Origin: Raillietiella orientalis
Lineage: Eukaryota
NCBI GenBank assembly: GCA_036172245.1
Contig: JAYWIR010000017.1
Location: forward strand, 3,100,001 to 3,164,000
Direction: 5' to 3'
Length of the DNA stretch: 64,000 bases
In this document: positions 51,301 to 64,000 of the stretch, one piece after another
How the letters are laid out: every line of letters starts with the position of its first letter
Position numbering within the stretch: position 1 is the first letter of the stretch
Made by a program: the position numbers and the translations under genes
The notes under the pieces: generated by a model
Database searches by the model: none
Told to the model about the DNA's origin: nothing
What the model saw: only the letters and a program-made list of their open reading frames with translations

Positions 51301-52174
51301 TGGGCAGCAGGGAGTCCGCACGGCGGCGATCCATCGTGATGGAGGAATCTGGACTTCGGATTCTTCTTCTCCGAGCCGCGTCCGTGCGCCTCAGCTTGCT
51401 AAAACGGATGCTGGGAGGAACCGTCTTTTCTTCGTTTTTCCCCCGCCGGCGAGCAGTGGACCGCTTTCTCCGCTGCCTGCAGATGAAATGCGATTATCCT
51501 CATTTCGGGAATCGCGGAGGACTTGAGGAACGCCATGTGCGGTTGGCGCAGGTCCGTCCGGTGGAACTTAAAAGGAGTACTGAAGCATTAAATAAGAACG
51601 AGGTGGTCCGCACGGGGATTTCCGAAATGGCCGTAAGGATTATCCTTACAATGGAGCGCAGCCTTCTGACGGGAGGCGAGCATTCAGAGGCAATAATCCG
51701 TGAAAGGAAGGAGGAAGAAAAAAAAAAAAAGGAAAGGTCATTGTTGGGGTCGCGAAAGAACACTGGTGTCTCGCGTGCTGTTTTCCGGCTTCCTTGAGCT
51801 CGGATTACTGCTTTCTACAGTTTCCCGCCGCGTGGATTTCGCTGCTCGCGTCCCGTTTACATGCGGACTTTTATCCCTTCGGACCTCGCTCGACCTAGGA
51901 ACCTTTCCTCGTCCTCCCTCCTTCCTCCTCCTCCTCCTCTCTCTCGTCTTCGGCAGCGGGGGAAGCAGCCAGCGAGGCGGCGACGAGCTCCGCGTGGTGC
52001 GACCCGACTCGCCAGCCCTGGAAGAGCCGCACGGACCCATGCCCTCCGAGGGGAAGGCGGTCGCGAACCCGGGGACTCTGTGCAGCAAGTGGACAGGCCT
52101 TCGTTCTGCGCGCGCGACCTACGGCTCAACACCGCGGCAGTCTTCTGTAACTCGAGAAGCAACGCAAGGGGAGG

Positions 52175-52208
<34 letters not shown>

Positions 52209-55200
52209 AAAAAAACAGCCATTGCGCTACCCGCCTTTCTGTTGTGCCCAATCATACCCGCGTCCGAGAATGTCGACCAATGAAGAGAGAAGGCTTTCTT
52301 CACCCTCCGCTTAATCCGCCCTCAAACAAGAGAAAATACAGGAATCACCTGTCCAGGAGTGGATTGCAAGACCGGAGGCCGCTTCCCAAATGCGAAGTCT
52401 GGGTGTCAACACGGACACCTTCTTCCGTCGAGTCCCCCGTTGCGGTTTCTTCATCCTGCTTGCAGGACACGTAGAGCGACCTGCGATAAAGACAAACAAA
52501 GAAAAACGATCGTTGGCGAAAAGCAAAGCGGAGAAGAAGAAGAAGAAGAAGAAGAAGATGGCCGTTCGTCCCCTTGGAATGCCCGTTCGGAGATGAATCA
52601 AGCAGGACGCTGAAGGCGTCGAAAAATCACCTACCACTCGCGCCTTGCTTTCCCGTGAAACGAAAAGGAAAGGTGAACCTCCGAGAGTAGCCAAGAGAAG
52701 CGTCCAAGAGTCTAAGGGAAGGCTTGGAATCGGCGGGTGTGTTGCGAGCGATTATGGGCAACAACGATCAGGACTCATGCGCAAAGTCTTTTCCGACTGA
52801 GTCGCCGTGTTGTTCCAGGCTCAAAGCCGGTGCGCGAAAAGGGGTGGATTACAACAGCGAGGGAATAAATTCATAAATCCGTTCGAAAAGAATGCCGGAC
52901 CTTCATCTGCGGGTCGTCAGATCACACGCGGCAAAATTGCTGACGAGGTGGGCTCTCCATTAAATTCCAGTTAAAATCCATATTCCAAGCTGTTGCTACG
53001 AAAAGACACCGCCTATCCTGGAAACACGAGAGGGTCTTTGTTGCTGATGACAGGGAAGTCACTCGCCAGCTTCCGTGCTAATCGTCGAAATTGTCTTAGC
53101 GACAGATCCGCGGATGAAAGAAGGGAAAGCTGAACCCGAAGCGATGCAGCGGGCAGCCTCTCTCGATCGCTCTCCAGCTGAAATTCTGCCCTGCATCCTC
53201 GCAGCAAACTTTCGCTTTTTTGTTTCGCGAGATCACGACCGTATCTGGAAATATGTCTTAGGGGAGAATTCGCATCTCCCACCCCCCTTCCCAGCTTTCT
53301 CGCCTGGGTGGAGGACGCATTTTTTTGTTCTTAAGGTCCTTGCACGGATGCTTGAATTTCCAGCATCATCATTTCTTGCTTCCCCTTCTGCTCGCGATCA
53401 TCGGGGAAATTTTCAATTCTTGCCGTGCTGCCTGCGCTTGAGGGCATCGGATTGAGTCAAACGGCAAGGCGCCTTTCATTCTTCTTTCGTCTCCATGGTC
53501 GCGCGTGGTTTCCGAAACTCCTTCCAGCACTAAGAAGAAATGAACGCCTTCAGTCGGAAGCTGGAGATATTTTGATCGATTCAGTGTCAGGGTGCGCTGA
53601 CTCCAGAAGGAGGCCCCGTATCTTTACGTGGCAAAACGGATTCGTTTCCAAATACCAGCCTACAGAGACATGTGCCGTCTTGCAGTTTTCCGGCCTCCAA
53701 GAGCGCGGTTCGCGTCCAAAGAGTCTCCTCCGGAAGTTCAGCACCAGAAAATGAGATCAGGGGAGCGTTCTTGACACGCGAAGAGTCAGTTTCAAAAGCC
53801 TCCAGTAGACGGTAACCAAGCATCATCCTGTTACCAAGGATTTCCCCCAAATGCTGCATCCTCCCTTCCCAGCATCCGTTCATCCTGGAACGAGACTTGG
53901 ATTCAGGAACGGATCTGCACAGTTCTCGATGTACGAACATTCGCTACAACGAACACCACAATTTCAAGATTTTTTTTCATGTGCGTAACGCAGGCAACAG
54001 CGACCATAATTGTAAGGTTGCTGACGCCCTAAACTTGCTTACTCAATACGACAGGATGTGAAGGAAACAAACCGAAACAGTGTGTGGAAAAACTCGTGTC
54101 CTCAATCCGCGAAGAGTTTCACTGATTTCGGGGAACCATTGGAATCTGCGGCCGTGGAGATGGGCAGTCAAACGGGCCCTGACCCGGCGGATGCAAGAGA
54201 GTTGCCGCATCCTGAGGAACGAGCAGCCGACAGCGCTAGAAGCGAATCGAAGGACAGAAGGAGCATCAGAAGAACTTGACATTTCGCATCTTTCCGGGAC
54301 AGTCACGACGCAGGACGTGGCTGCGGCTCTTCATATTCATTTCGGAGGGATTCGGCGATGTTCGAAGAACAGGATCTGGAGAGAATGGCGGGAGCGGAAA
54401 GAGAGGCCTCTTGTCTGACTCGCTGAGATGCGATTTTTTCTTACGTTTTTAAAAAGGAAACGAACCGTGCAATCTTCTGTCCGATCTATCCTGGTTTTAA
54501 AAGAGTGGACGAAGCAACCGCAGCCGTTTCAAGAGAAGTTCAACCGCCCACCTCGTGTGTCCAAAGTGACACGCATGTGAAAATAACGCACACTGTTGGA
54601 AACGTGGACAAATCAAAGCTGAATTCACACGCATGTGCATAATACATTATGTAATTCTGTTTAACTGTCTCCAATTAAAATCAACTATTAACTATTGTAT
54701 CTTGTTTCCTCTTGGTATTTTTTCAACTTTATTGCACGTTCGTGGAGTATCGTTATAATACACATTCGATGGTTCATGCAATGCTTTTCATATGTAAAAA
54801 TGACCGCCAACATATAGGATCGCACCGTGTGCGCAAAAAGTGCACACTTGGCTGTTTTGACGCACAACAAACTAAGACAGATGACGAACGACCTCCAGGA
54901 ACGGGACTCGGGAACGTAAATCGGGAACTGCCTGCGTGTGCTTCTGTACGAAGCGGGATTTCTGCACCCGTCAAACAAGCATGGGAGGCGCCTGATGCGA
55001 GCTGAAGCCTCCCGGTCAGCTTCGTCCGTTCTCTGTTTTGCTGTTGGGCGAAAAGAACTGGTCATCCGTGTGAGAATTCGCGTTTCCTCGCCGTTTGGAA
55101 TCCCACTGTGATAGGAATACGAAAACGGGACGCCGTCCTCCCCGGCTAAGGGTTTCTCGCGTGGGATCGCACAGCAGAATTGCATCGTCCCTTGCGTAGT

Positions 55201-55299
55201 TTGGCCGTCCACGTCGAAGATGCGTCGACTTGAGGAAGTGACTGCTTTTTGAAGAAGCTGAGATTACACTAGATCTCGCGGCTCTCACCATCAACGCTT

Positions 55300-58150
55300 G
55301 TTTGATGGCTTCCCATCCATCGCAGACTCCGAGTCGAGATCTCACGGAAGCCTATGACGAAAGAGGACAGAGAAATAGCCCCATCTAGACTGTAGTGCTA
55401 CATCTTGTCTCTGGTTCACTTTCTTTTCTTTTGGAAAACCGACAGGCGTGGTCATCTCCGAGCTTCCAACCTGATTGGATCTCGACGAAAGAAAAGGGTG
55501 ACGGCTACACAAGTAATCTTTGGATTTATGTTGTGGAGATGGCTCTGAATGGGCCACTTGAGTTGGACACAGAATGGTGAGCTTTTCATGTAGGAGCTCC
55601 TCCATGGCTGCCCTGCTGCCATGAAGAATCCTGCAGCACGATTTCACGGTGCTAATCTCAGGGCCGCTGGATAAATGACGGAGGAACTATTCTGGTCCAA
55701 AAATGGTTGTCCCATATGGAGCTTTTGGTAACGTGGATTCGAATATTGGTGGATGAGCGGATCCAAGGAAGAAATCAATCTGGTATCACAACAAGAGTGT
55801 TTATCCCGCGTCCTTGACTCTTTGTCTCTAATGCAGGTTTGGTCCATCGCTCGAAATCCCTACTCACGTATATTCCTGTTTTTTTTTAGACGGACCGCTC
55901 AAGGATACGTTCCTGCGAGAGCAAAATGGATATCTTGGAAGGTGGTTCCACTACTTTGTTCTGCACAGTGCTCCTTGGAGATCAGAAATGAGCAGCAAAA
56001 AAGTACAAAGAGAGCTTCCCTGTGTTGATGGAATCCTGATTCAACCAGTATGGAATGCTGTTCCTGACCAAAGTGTCCATTCTAAAGGAGAGCTACTGAC
56101 GTTGGTCAGAGGACACTGATGGCTCTTATGATAGTAGGTATTGAGGTTGATAAAGCCGGAATTGCTCCCCTACGGGTGGTTTTCCTTGATGGTGATGGGT
56201 GGATAGTTACTCGTAGGCATGAAGCAGCAGGTAACTAGTGATTCTCTAATCACTAGTAGGCTTTTGTAGACAAGTTTGAACCAGGGAAAACGAGATGAAA
56301 CATTTGGTAACAACCAAAATTTTAATATTTCGTTACTTGGATCTCGGAAATCCTTCGCTGGTCCTGGAAGATGTGGGCAAAAGAGAAAAGACAGAGAAAA
56401 AGACTACTTACCAGAAAATGCAGAAAGGGAATTACAATTAAATTCCACGGAGCTATAAGTTTTTGCAATGACGACACATTGCTTTTTCTTGAGTTAGTTT
56501 TCCTTTGCTCTTAAGTCTAGAGAATATTCCCAGGCAATATTACAATATTCTTTTTATTTGTGTTACTTTCTAAGTTATTTTGCATGGCAGCAGTGTCGTT
56601 GAAGTAGGAATTTTAGAAGGAAGCGTATCAATTCTTTGAGCCCCTTCTTTCCATAAAATAGACGGATGCAGGCAAATGACAGACAGCCAAAGGTTATTCG
56701 ACATCTGGAAAAAAATAAGAAAATAAAAATAGTGAAGTTTCTATTGCAGAAATTGAAGATAGAAAGATAGGAGCTTGATATCTTGAAAGTAAATCCACTA
56801 AGTAAATTTGGAATCGCCATATTATAAGAGAAAGGGAGAGCGCGTGTGATAATGTAATGTAGCAAAACAAGAGATACAGATGTTCCAGCTTTCTATGTTT
56901 ACTACAATGGGAATCAAAGGCGCCATGTAATGTTTACATTTTAATCGAATTAATATTTACATGTATAATGAACGAACCAAGAGAAACCCAATGATCGTTC
57001 TTGAGTACAAGGCATGCAAAGGCACGCTTCGTACAGTACTGGGTTTATCTCGATTGCGTACCACCAGCTTTTCTGTGGGAATTTTGTTTTTCGCAAGATA
57101 AGATTTGGGATGATGTACATGTTTGATGATATACAGGAATGATGTACGATGGATGTGCAGGAATACTTGCTCTCAGAAACAATACCCGCCATGGTTTGAA
57201 AGTTCAGTGGGCATCGGCGCTCGATGTACGCGCGCCGTCAAGTTCTCCGGGGAGCAGCAGTTGCAAAGATAGATGTTGTGTTGGATTCCTCACTCGAAGA
57301 TCATCGCGGATCTTTCACAGCATCCATTCAAATTCTAGGACCTCTCTAATCTTTTGTTTTCCCTGCTGATAGTTAATTTTTCTTGGATCCTTGAATCCAT
57401 ACCAAAGCAGATACTGTCTCCTGCATCTTCAAAACAAAGTAAGACAGAAGATTGAAAGTATACCACAGAAAGATCGTCTGAAGGAGAACGGGAGATCAAA
57501 AAAAAAAGAGGAAAAAGTCCTTCAAAACCCAAACAACTATATACTGAAGATCGAAAGTTATTTCTCCAGCTTTCGATTCGTGACCCCATGTTGGCTGCAC
57601 CCGTTCAAACTTCAGCTCGACCTGGTAGCAGCGTAAACAAATTCCCACAAACTGGACCCGTGCAAGACATCGCCGTACTTCGCTCCATCCGAAGGAGTGT
57701 GGAACCAAAGAAAGTAAGAAGGATGGTAAAAAATTCGAATCGGCAAGAAACCAAGTGTTACAGCTCAGAACCATAGCGGTCCCTGTAAGAATCCAGGAGC
57801 AAGTTTCTGGTTTCAACGCTTCACAGCGCTAATGGACTGCATCTAAGGGATTACGTATTCCGTGCGTCATGTGTTAGTCGTATGTGAGCGAGAATGCATC
57901 ATCTTCCTGCTTCCATTGATCGATCTAAGACCTTCCATCTGGATAGAAGATGATGATGATAAACATACCTGCAGCTCGGAGCAAAGTCACGTTGCAACGG
58001 ACTTGGTAGCAGCATAACCACAAAATTAGAATCTAACCTCCTCCAAGAAGCACTGAGTGGGTCAACGACGCGAAAGGTTCGCAAGTACTCAATCAAGGAG
58101 CGCATCGTCCCAATGTTTTGTTCCTGTTAGGAACCTGGGATACAACTGGA
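55300..58150 (-). mobile_element. Degenerate LINE ORF2 remnant; the AP-endonuclease is clearest at 57570-58120
   Basis: NIGTMRSLIEYL..VLDRSMEAGR (NIRSL / DR..GG), WFLADSNF..PHSFGW..VQPTW (GDFNAHxxxWG..PT) and a downstream KSWW (PWW). The downstream boundary is uncertain. Confidence 0.4.
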
Positions 58151-58699
58151 AGAGTTGTCGTCGATGGGTTCCTTGATTTATTGCAGGAACCCGAACATCA
58201 GTTTTGCATCTGCGAGGTGATCTGAAACAAATCACTCTTTCGGCCGTGGCATCACTGCTTGTCCAGTTTTACGAAACTTTCACTCATAATACGGGAAAAG
58301 CCGGCAAGCTGGCATTCACACGTGTCATCCCTTACGATAGGATGTTTTTATTTTTGTGTGTTTAGTCTGTGCGTTTTTCGAAGCTTTCCGTTTACCAATA
58401 GGAAGTTTTCGGTCGAGAGCAGCTCGATTTCGTTTTCATTTCGTCTTCTCAGCATGAAAAAAAAAAAAAGAAATTTAATGGCTCATCTTTTTCGAAAAGG
58501 AGAAGAGCGAAATCTGTCGAAAGAAGCAAAGAATCAACATCCCAATAACCTGCATTCAAAAGACCTCACGGGAATGGATACTCTGTTTCATCTCTAGAAA
58601 CAGAATCCGAGAGTCAGTCGCGCACTGTTTCAAATCAGCATCCAAATCTCTCCAGGACCCAGCAAGGTGCATCCAACAGGATAATGGAATTGGGATGAA

Positions 58700-59060
58700 A
58701 CCGAATCCGCGATCTCTGGCTAAAAAAAAACCGCTCGAGAATGTCTGGAAGTTCAAAGAGTGTAAACCGCTCTGGGAAATCCGGAGACGGACTCTGAACC
58801 ACAGCAGCTATACAAGACGAAGGCTAACCTAGAAATCTTAGCCAGTAAATTATTTTAAATTTAAGGCGTATCAAGCGAGCTGTATGAACGCTTCAGTACG
58901 TCAAAAGATGAATTCAAGATAATTCTTCAAGAAGCTGAACTGCTTACCAAAAGCTCTCTTCCAAGCACGAGAATTAGTATCGCTGGTTTCTTCAACAAAT
59001 CTTACTAATTCATGCTTTTCTGTGCTGCTGAGATTTTTTTTTTTTCTGCTGTCCATACCA
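58700..59060 (-). mobile_element. Possible pogo-type transposase DNA-binding-domain remnant
   Basis: RKKKNLSSTEKHELVRFVEETSDTNSRAWKRAFG resembles a Brinker/psq-type HTH, and the downstream FQTFSSGFF resembles FKASxGW. Confidence 0.3.
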
Positions 59061-61634
59061 TTTCGATGTGTTTGGAGGCATATTTTTTTTCCTTTGTTTT
59101 CAGCGATTCGTCGTTCGACAGTTGCCTTCCTTAGGGCGGCATCCATGAGTGATGCATCCAAAGAGCCCTTCTATATTTAATGTCACCATTTTGAAGAAAG
59201 CATCAGATCGTTTATTCTTTAATCGTGGAGTTCGCATCTCTATGAGTACTCATTCTGATTCCCCGTGACCCTTGCAGATTGCGCTGGGTTGAACGACTCA
59301 TCGATGCTTTCAGGAACCACGAAACCACGCTTGAAAGTTGCTGGTCTTGTCGGTTTTGTGAAACGTCATCCTTCACTCATTGGTTGTTCTTATCGGCTAC
59401 AAGGACCACCACCAGCAGCTCCATAAAGGTCGCTTCCTTTTCCGGTGCTGTCTTTCTAATCGGAAGAGCGAATCTTCGCGAACGCGCGTCAAGATGATCC
59501 AGTCGGTAGGAGCGGCCTATTAATCAGTGACAAACGCAGGCCCCTCACCTATCGCCGGACTCCCTACACTATCGTAGTCGGGTGTTCCTTTCGGTGGTTT
59601 CACTTTACCTTACGCTTTTCCCAACTGAGCGAGTCCGCCGATTACCTGCATCTCCAAAAGTACCGAAAACGCGGGAATTCTTAAATCATATGCCACTGAT
59701 GATGGACGACTGAACGGTGGAGTCGGACCAGCTTGGGGAAACGATGCCCTGCCTTGTTTTCTATTTACCCTTTCTTGCGTTTTCACTGCAGCTCCCGTTT
59801 TCATGGAATGCGTCTGGAAATGTGTAAAGTGCCCTCCGTAGCTTCGTGACATCCCTCAAGGCGAAAATTAGCGAGATTTCAAAGGTGCTGTATGTACATA
59901 GTATTGGAATATAAATATAAGAATGCAGTTTGCACGCCCGGTGGCTCCTCACAATCGGAATAGCACAGCCGGTCTCATGTTTAATGGATGACCACAGCAC
60001 ATGGGTGCGTCCCTTACTGCTTTTGGGGGCCCCTGTTTGCGTCGAAACCGTGCTGACGAAACTACCATCAAGGGCTGGTGAGAATTTTTCATCGCCCCAT
60101 CTTCTACCATCACCTCACGGTTGTCATACAAATCAGATGTAAATCTGGATTATAAATGGAGAGTACAAGAGGGATGCTTTCGTTGGCGTCGCTACTTAGG
60201 GAATTTAGGAGGTCGGGATGCCTTGGAATCTTCCTTATCCGCGTATTGCACGCACGCGCTCCACCAGAAGCCAAGAATCTATTGTTATCCTAATGAGATC
60301 AAAGCTCCAACCTGCGCGCTGTTCCTCGCTGGACCGCGTCCTCGCCGTCCTGGATATTTGCCACACCGTGCTGAGATCTTCTACCCTCTCAGCACTGTTT
60401 CCAGCTCACATTGCTCAAAGACAAAGTGGCCGCTCCGCGTTTCGCTTTACCTGCCTACGCGCACGCAGCATCCTACCAGAGCTTCCTGACTTTGTGACCA
60501 GGGTGTGAATTGCGGTCAGCACACATGGAATTCAGGAACGTCTGGCCGAGGTCTACCGGGATATCCAGCTGCTGTAGCAGCCCCGAGCAGCTTCGCGAGC
60601 GCAGCCTCGTGTGAGTTTGTTTGCCGTCAGCGCTCGCCCCGAAGCCTGCAGTCCCGCACGGACGCTTCGGGTCGCTGCGAGGACTCGCAGTGATGAGCTC
60701 TCGGGAACGAATTAAGTCGAGGTTCATGACAAGCAGTCTGCTGAAGAATGCCGGTTCGCAAACAGCAAGCCTGGAAGCCGCGCGGCGATCCCCGCCGCTC
60801 TCAATTCGGCGAAAGTGTTTGTTTCGTGACACCGAGAATGCTATTTGCTTCCATGGAGATCCGATGTTTGAAGAGGAACGACGGAAGTTTCTAAGGCCGC
60901 CCGCCATCTGACTTGCCGAACTCCTGCGTCACCGCATTCAGCATCTGTTGGCGCTACTGATCCATAACAAGAAAAGGATTTTTTTTCTTGTCCTTCCTGT
61001 GAGGAAGCCTGCATTCCACCCAAGGCCCACCGAAGCTCGGCTTCCCGGATCCGCAAACGCGAGTCCTCGATGGAAAATTGGAATCCTGGAACCCAGCTGG
61101 CTCTCAGGAGTTTCTGTCTTGCGGCAGATCTGGTTGTTTCTCTTCGACATCTAAGAAGCAGGGAAAGGCAACCCTTCCCCTTCAGGTTGCATCAATTTGT
61201 TCAAATGAGAAAGTCATTCGGATTCGAAATTTTTTCCACCCTCGGGCCAAATTTTCAACATTCAAAATTTGATCCCAAGTGGCTCTTCGGTTCAGATCCG
61301 ATGTTTCTACCAGGAAATGGTCCGTAATCCTTGGCATGATTGGCAGCGTCCCCTGCTGCTTGCGGGGGGATGAAGTCTTAATTGAAAGCCGGTAAAAAGT
61401 ATTTTACTGCGAGAAAGCCGTTCACTGGAAATCCAAAATCACATTTGGAACTAGAGGTTGATGCTAAAGCTCATCTAGATGTGTAGAATCACCACTGACA
61501 GTATTCTTTGAAAATAACTTTGTTTCTACAGATTAACGAATAACCTGGGAACCCTGATAGTGATTCCAGCAATCAAAACAGCTTTTGAAGACGACGATCA
61601 CTTACGGCAGCTGCTCAAACGTGAATGTGAGTTT

Positions 61635-61826
61635 CGCGACGTGACGTATGCGCATGCATGTAACAGCCCACAGGCGTCGCGTATGTGCACACAACCTACA
61701 CGACGTCACGTATTCGCACGCGCGTGACAAGCCACACAACGTTACGTGTGTGTACACATGTGACAGCCCTCACGACGTCACGTATGCGCACGCGTGTGGC
61801 AACGCTCACAACGTCACGTATATGAT
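61635..61826. repeat. CpG-rich minisatellite, about 5-6 diverged copies of a roughly 36-bp unit
   Basis: Consensus is approximately cacgacgtcacgtatgcgcacgcgtgtgacagccc, repeated in tandem. Confidence 0.85.
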
Positions 61827-62779
61827 CAGTGTTCTGCAACATTGTTCTCAGAAATTACGATGGTTTATAAAGCATAAGGGACGATTAATCCCGTAGGATT
61901 AGTACTGTCTATCAGAAGATGTCAAAACCAATGAGACGGGGACAAGAGGACTGCTAAAGACTTTCGTTCAGTGATGGTGAAAGGACCGTCCTGCTTGCTG
62001 AATGAGAGCTGAATGGTTTGGATGAATGTTTATGCTTCGTTTATTTCTTTACATGGCTTCATGTAAAGGGCATCAGGTAATCTCTACGGGAACGGAGGTA
62101 CATAATATGTGAAAACTTCTCATCAAAACCCCTGTGAGGAGATCTGTCAAAGGCGAATGTTCCCAGCTTCTAATTGGAGATCGCTCTTTCATTCCCAGTC
62201 GATGCCCGGTATTGTGGGAACCTCGGATGACTCTCTCATCCTAGCAACTGTGAAAACGCATCGTAGCACGTGATCGACCGCGAGTGCGCATCTCGCGTTC
62301 CTCCAGAAACGTTACGGAGAGCACGCGTCACCTGGTGCGCGTGACACAAACGCTAACTTGTCGTGAAACGCTAACTGTTTTCAGTTGCCTCAGTTGTGCT
62401 CTTTCGCCGTCGCTCCGGATCGTTCCGACATTCTTTCACTGCGTTTTCCAGCTAGCGAATATCCGCGCTGGTACTCGCAGACGTTGTGGGACGAGATCTC
62501 ATCCTCAGGAACGTTCCCTCTTGTTACCTACAAAGCATAGGAAAAAAATAAAAAATCGCATTTTAGTGTGGCCATCCTGGAAGTTTTGCAAATGAAGATT
62601 TATTCAAGTGTTCCAGTACGTTCATTAGACCCATCTCCTGGGCCTAGCTGCAGAAGGAGCTGCTCATCGAGACAGATTACCATGACCGTGCACCATCTAC
62701 GCTACAGCGTATGGTGTCGGAACACCAGCCTTACGAGCTTCCCGGTGCCCGTTCACGTGCAGTGACCTCGGTTCCTTCA

Positions 62780-63340
62780 TCGTTTCGTCTGTAGGCGCTT
62801 CTCTTTCGTCCAATTCTCGAAGGGGGACAGCGAGACGCCCGGCACAACGACTCGGGATCCTTCGCTATGCGCTCCACCTGGACGCAGCTTGGATTCGACG
62901 CTGTCCGGGATCGGCTGAATGCGTGCCGCAACATCCAACCGCTTCTGCAGTGCCTCTTCACCTTGGTGCGCCGGGCTCGTCGCGCATCCTGGTGATGAGA
63001 CCAGAATTTCGCAGGCAAAGGGTTGGGGATGCGCTGCGGTGGTTCCACCACATCATCGCACGCACGATCCGCGCACCTTTCCCGGAGAGCTCCGAGCCCA
63101 TGGGCGACGAGCGCCACGGGACACGACCTCGTCAGGCGCGGATGTGAATGATGGAGTACCAGTGAATGGGAAGCGGAATGCTCCTTCCTCCTTCGCGAGG
63201 AATGAAAGATCCCCGAGCGCGGTTCCTCCTTCAAGCACATCTACCGATACAGGCTGCTCTCCGGGTGCAGTCGGGGAGTGGCCCTCCTGGTCTTTGGTTC
63301 CCATTAAGTGCGCTCGCTTAAGTCCCTCTTCGTCCACCGT
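62780..63340 (-). mobile_element. Possible LINE ORF1 (gag-like) remnant with decayed CCHC knuckles
   Basis: RIPNPL...RHCRSGWMLRHAFSRS...PSCVQVERIAKDP fits the spacing of two degraded CX2CX4HX4C knuckles after an IP motif. Confidence 0.25.
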
Positions 63341-64000
63341 CTTCTGAGCTGCGCAGAGCAGGTCGCCGCAGATGGCGCTGGTCCACGGTCATTGGCTCTT
63401 CAGTAAATCTTTCTCTTCCAGAACGAAGGAAACACTGAGAAGGAGGGATTTTCCTTCCCCTTTACGGTAGCGCTCCCCTCCGGGAAGCTGCGGCGCATGC
63501 GCAGCTCTCGTTAGTTACGAGCGTTGCCTCCGTTAGCGGGTGCCCAGCACAACGGTTGGCCGGCAATCCCTCGCCGCCTGCTCTCCTGGGACGGAGAGCG
63601 CCTCCCCCCAGAACCAGGGATGGGACCAAAGGTGGCAGAAAAAGGGAAGCGACCTCCGGAGAGAGTCCCAGCTTCGGAGTCGTCGCTGTCGTTGGGGATG
63701 TTAGATCCCAGCGCAGAGAGGGCAGGGAGAAAGCGGGAAGGAAAAAGGGAACAGGAAAGGGAAGGGAAGGGAGGCAAGGGAAACAGGAAGCGCCTCTCCC
63801 GAGGCATCGATCGTGTTTGGTGGGCTGCAACCTTAATTCCCTGCCCCGGCGATGGAAGGCTTATCCAGGATTAGGCTGCTCGTGTTTGCCATGATCAGTG
63901 GGTCGTGAAAACGCGTTGCCATGAAGGCGGTTGCTGGCTGCGGCGTTTACGCGCGCAGCGCACCAGGTAGGTGTTTTGCCAGCTGGCTCTAGAGAGCGGG

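Noticed and set aside
35500..53000. Numerous overlapping 100-300 aa ORFs on both strands
   Set aside because: They are expected from stop-codon scarcity in GC-rich DNA. Apart from gsc exons and TE relics, they are Arg/Pro/Gly/Ser-rich with no recognisable domain.
56234..56257. 10-bp-arm inverted repeat actagtgatt-ctct-aatcactagt
   Set aside because: Short, AT-rich and located within decayed TE sequence; plausible by chance.
61635..61826. Tandem repeats as a CRISPR array (also 42827-42958)
   Set aside because: The units are contiguous and degenerate without unique spacers, there are no cas genes, and the context is eukaryotic.

Overview
Eukaryotic, most likely arthropod-like invertebrate, genomic DNA; there are no prokaryotic operons or CRISPR arrays. 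Two intact genes face away from each other. (1) Exportin-1/CRM1 (XPO1/emb) lies on the minus strand at 23737-28505, with 12 coding exons and 1075 aa. Nine of its 11 introns are only 39-57 nt, including one GC-AG intron and one stop-free in-frame 39-nt intron. (2) The K50 PRD-class homeobox gene goosecoid lies on the plus strand at 44429-47745, with 3 exons, 232 aa and an eh1 motif, inside a roughly 18-kb GC/CpG-rich domain that carries candidate regulatory structures. Most of the rest is decayed transposon sequence: a piggyBac transposase, several LINE remnants (L1/Tx1-like, RNase H-bearing I/LOA-like, others), probable pogo/mariner fragments, and five copies of a tRNA-derived SINE with an apparently doubled B-box head. 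All TE family calls come from eye-matching degenerate motifs, not from database searches. I found no complete novel multi-gene system. The best leads are the micro-intron splicing regime, the SINE/Tx1 family, the goosecoid cis-regulatory structures and the sharp CpG mosaic.
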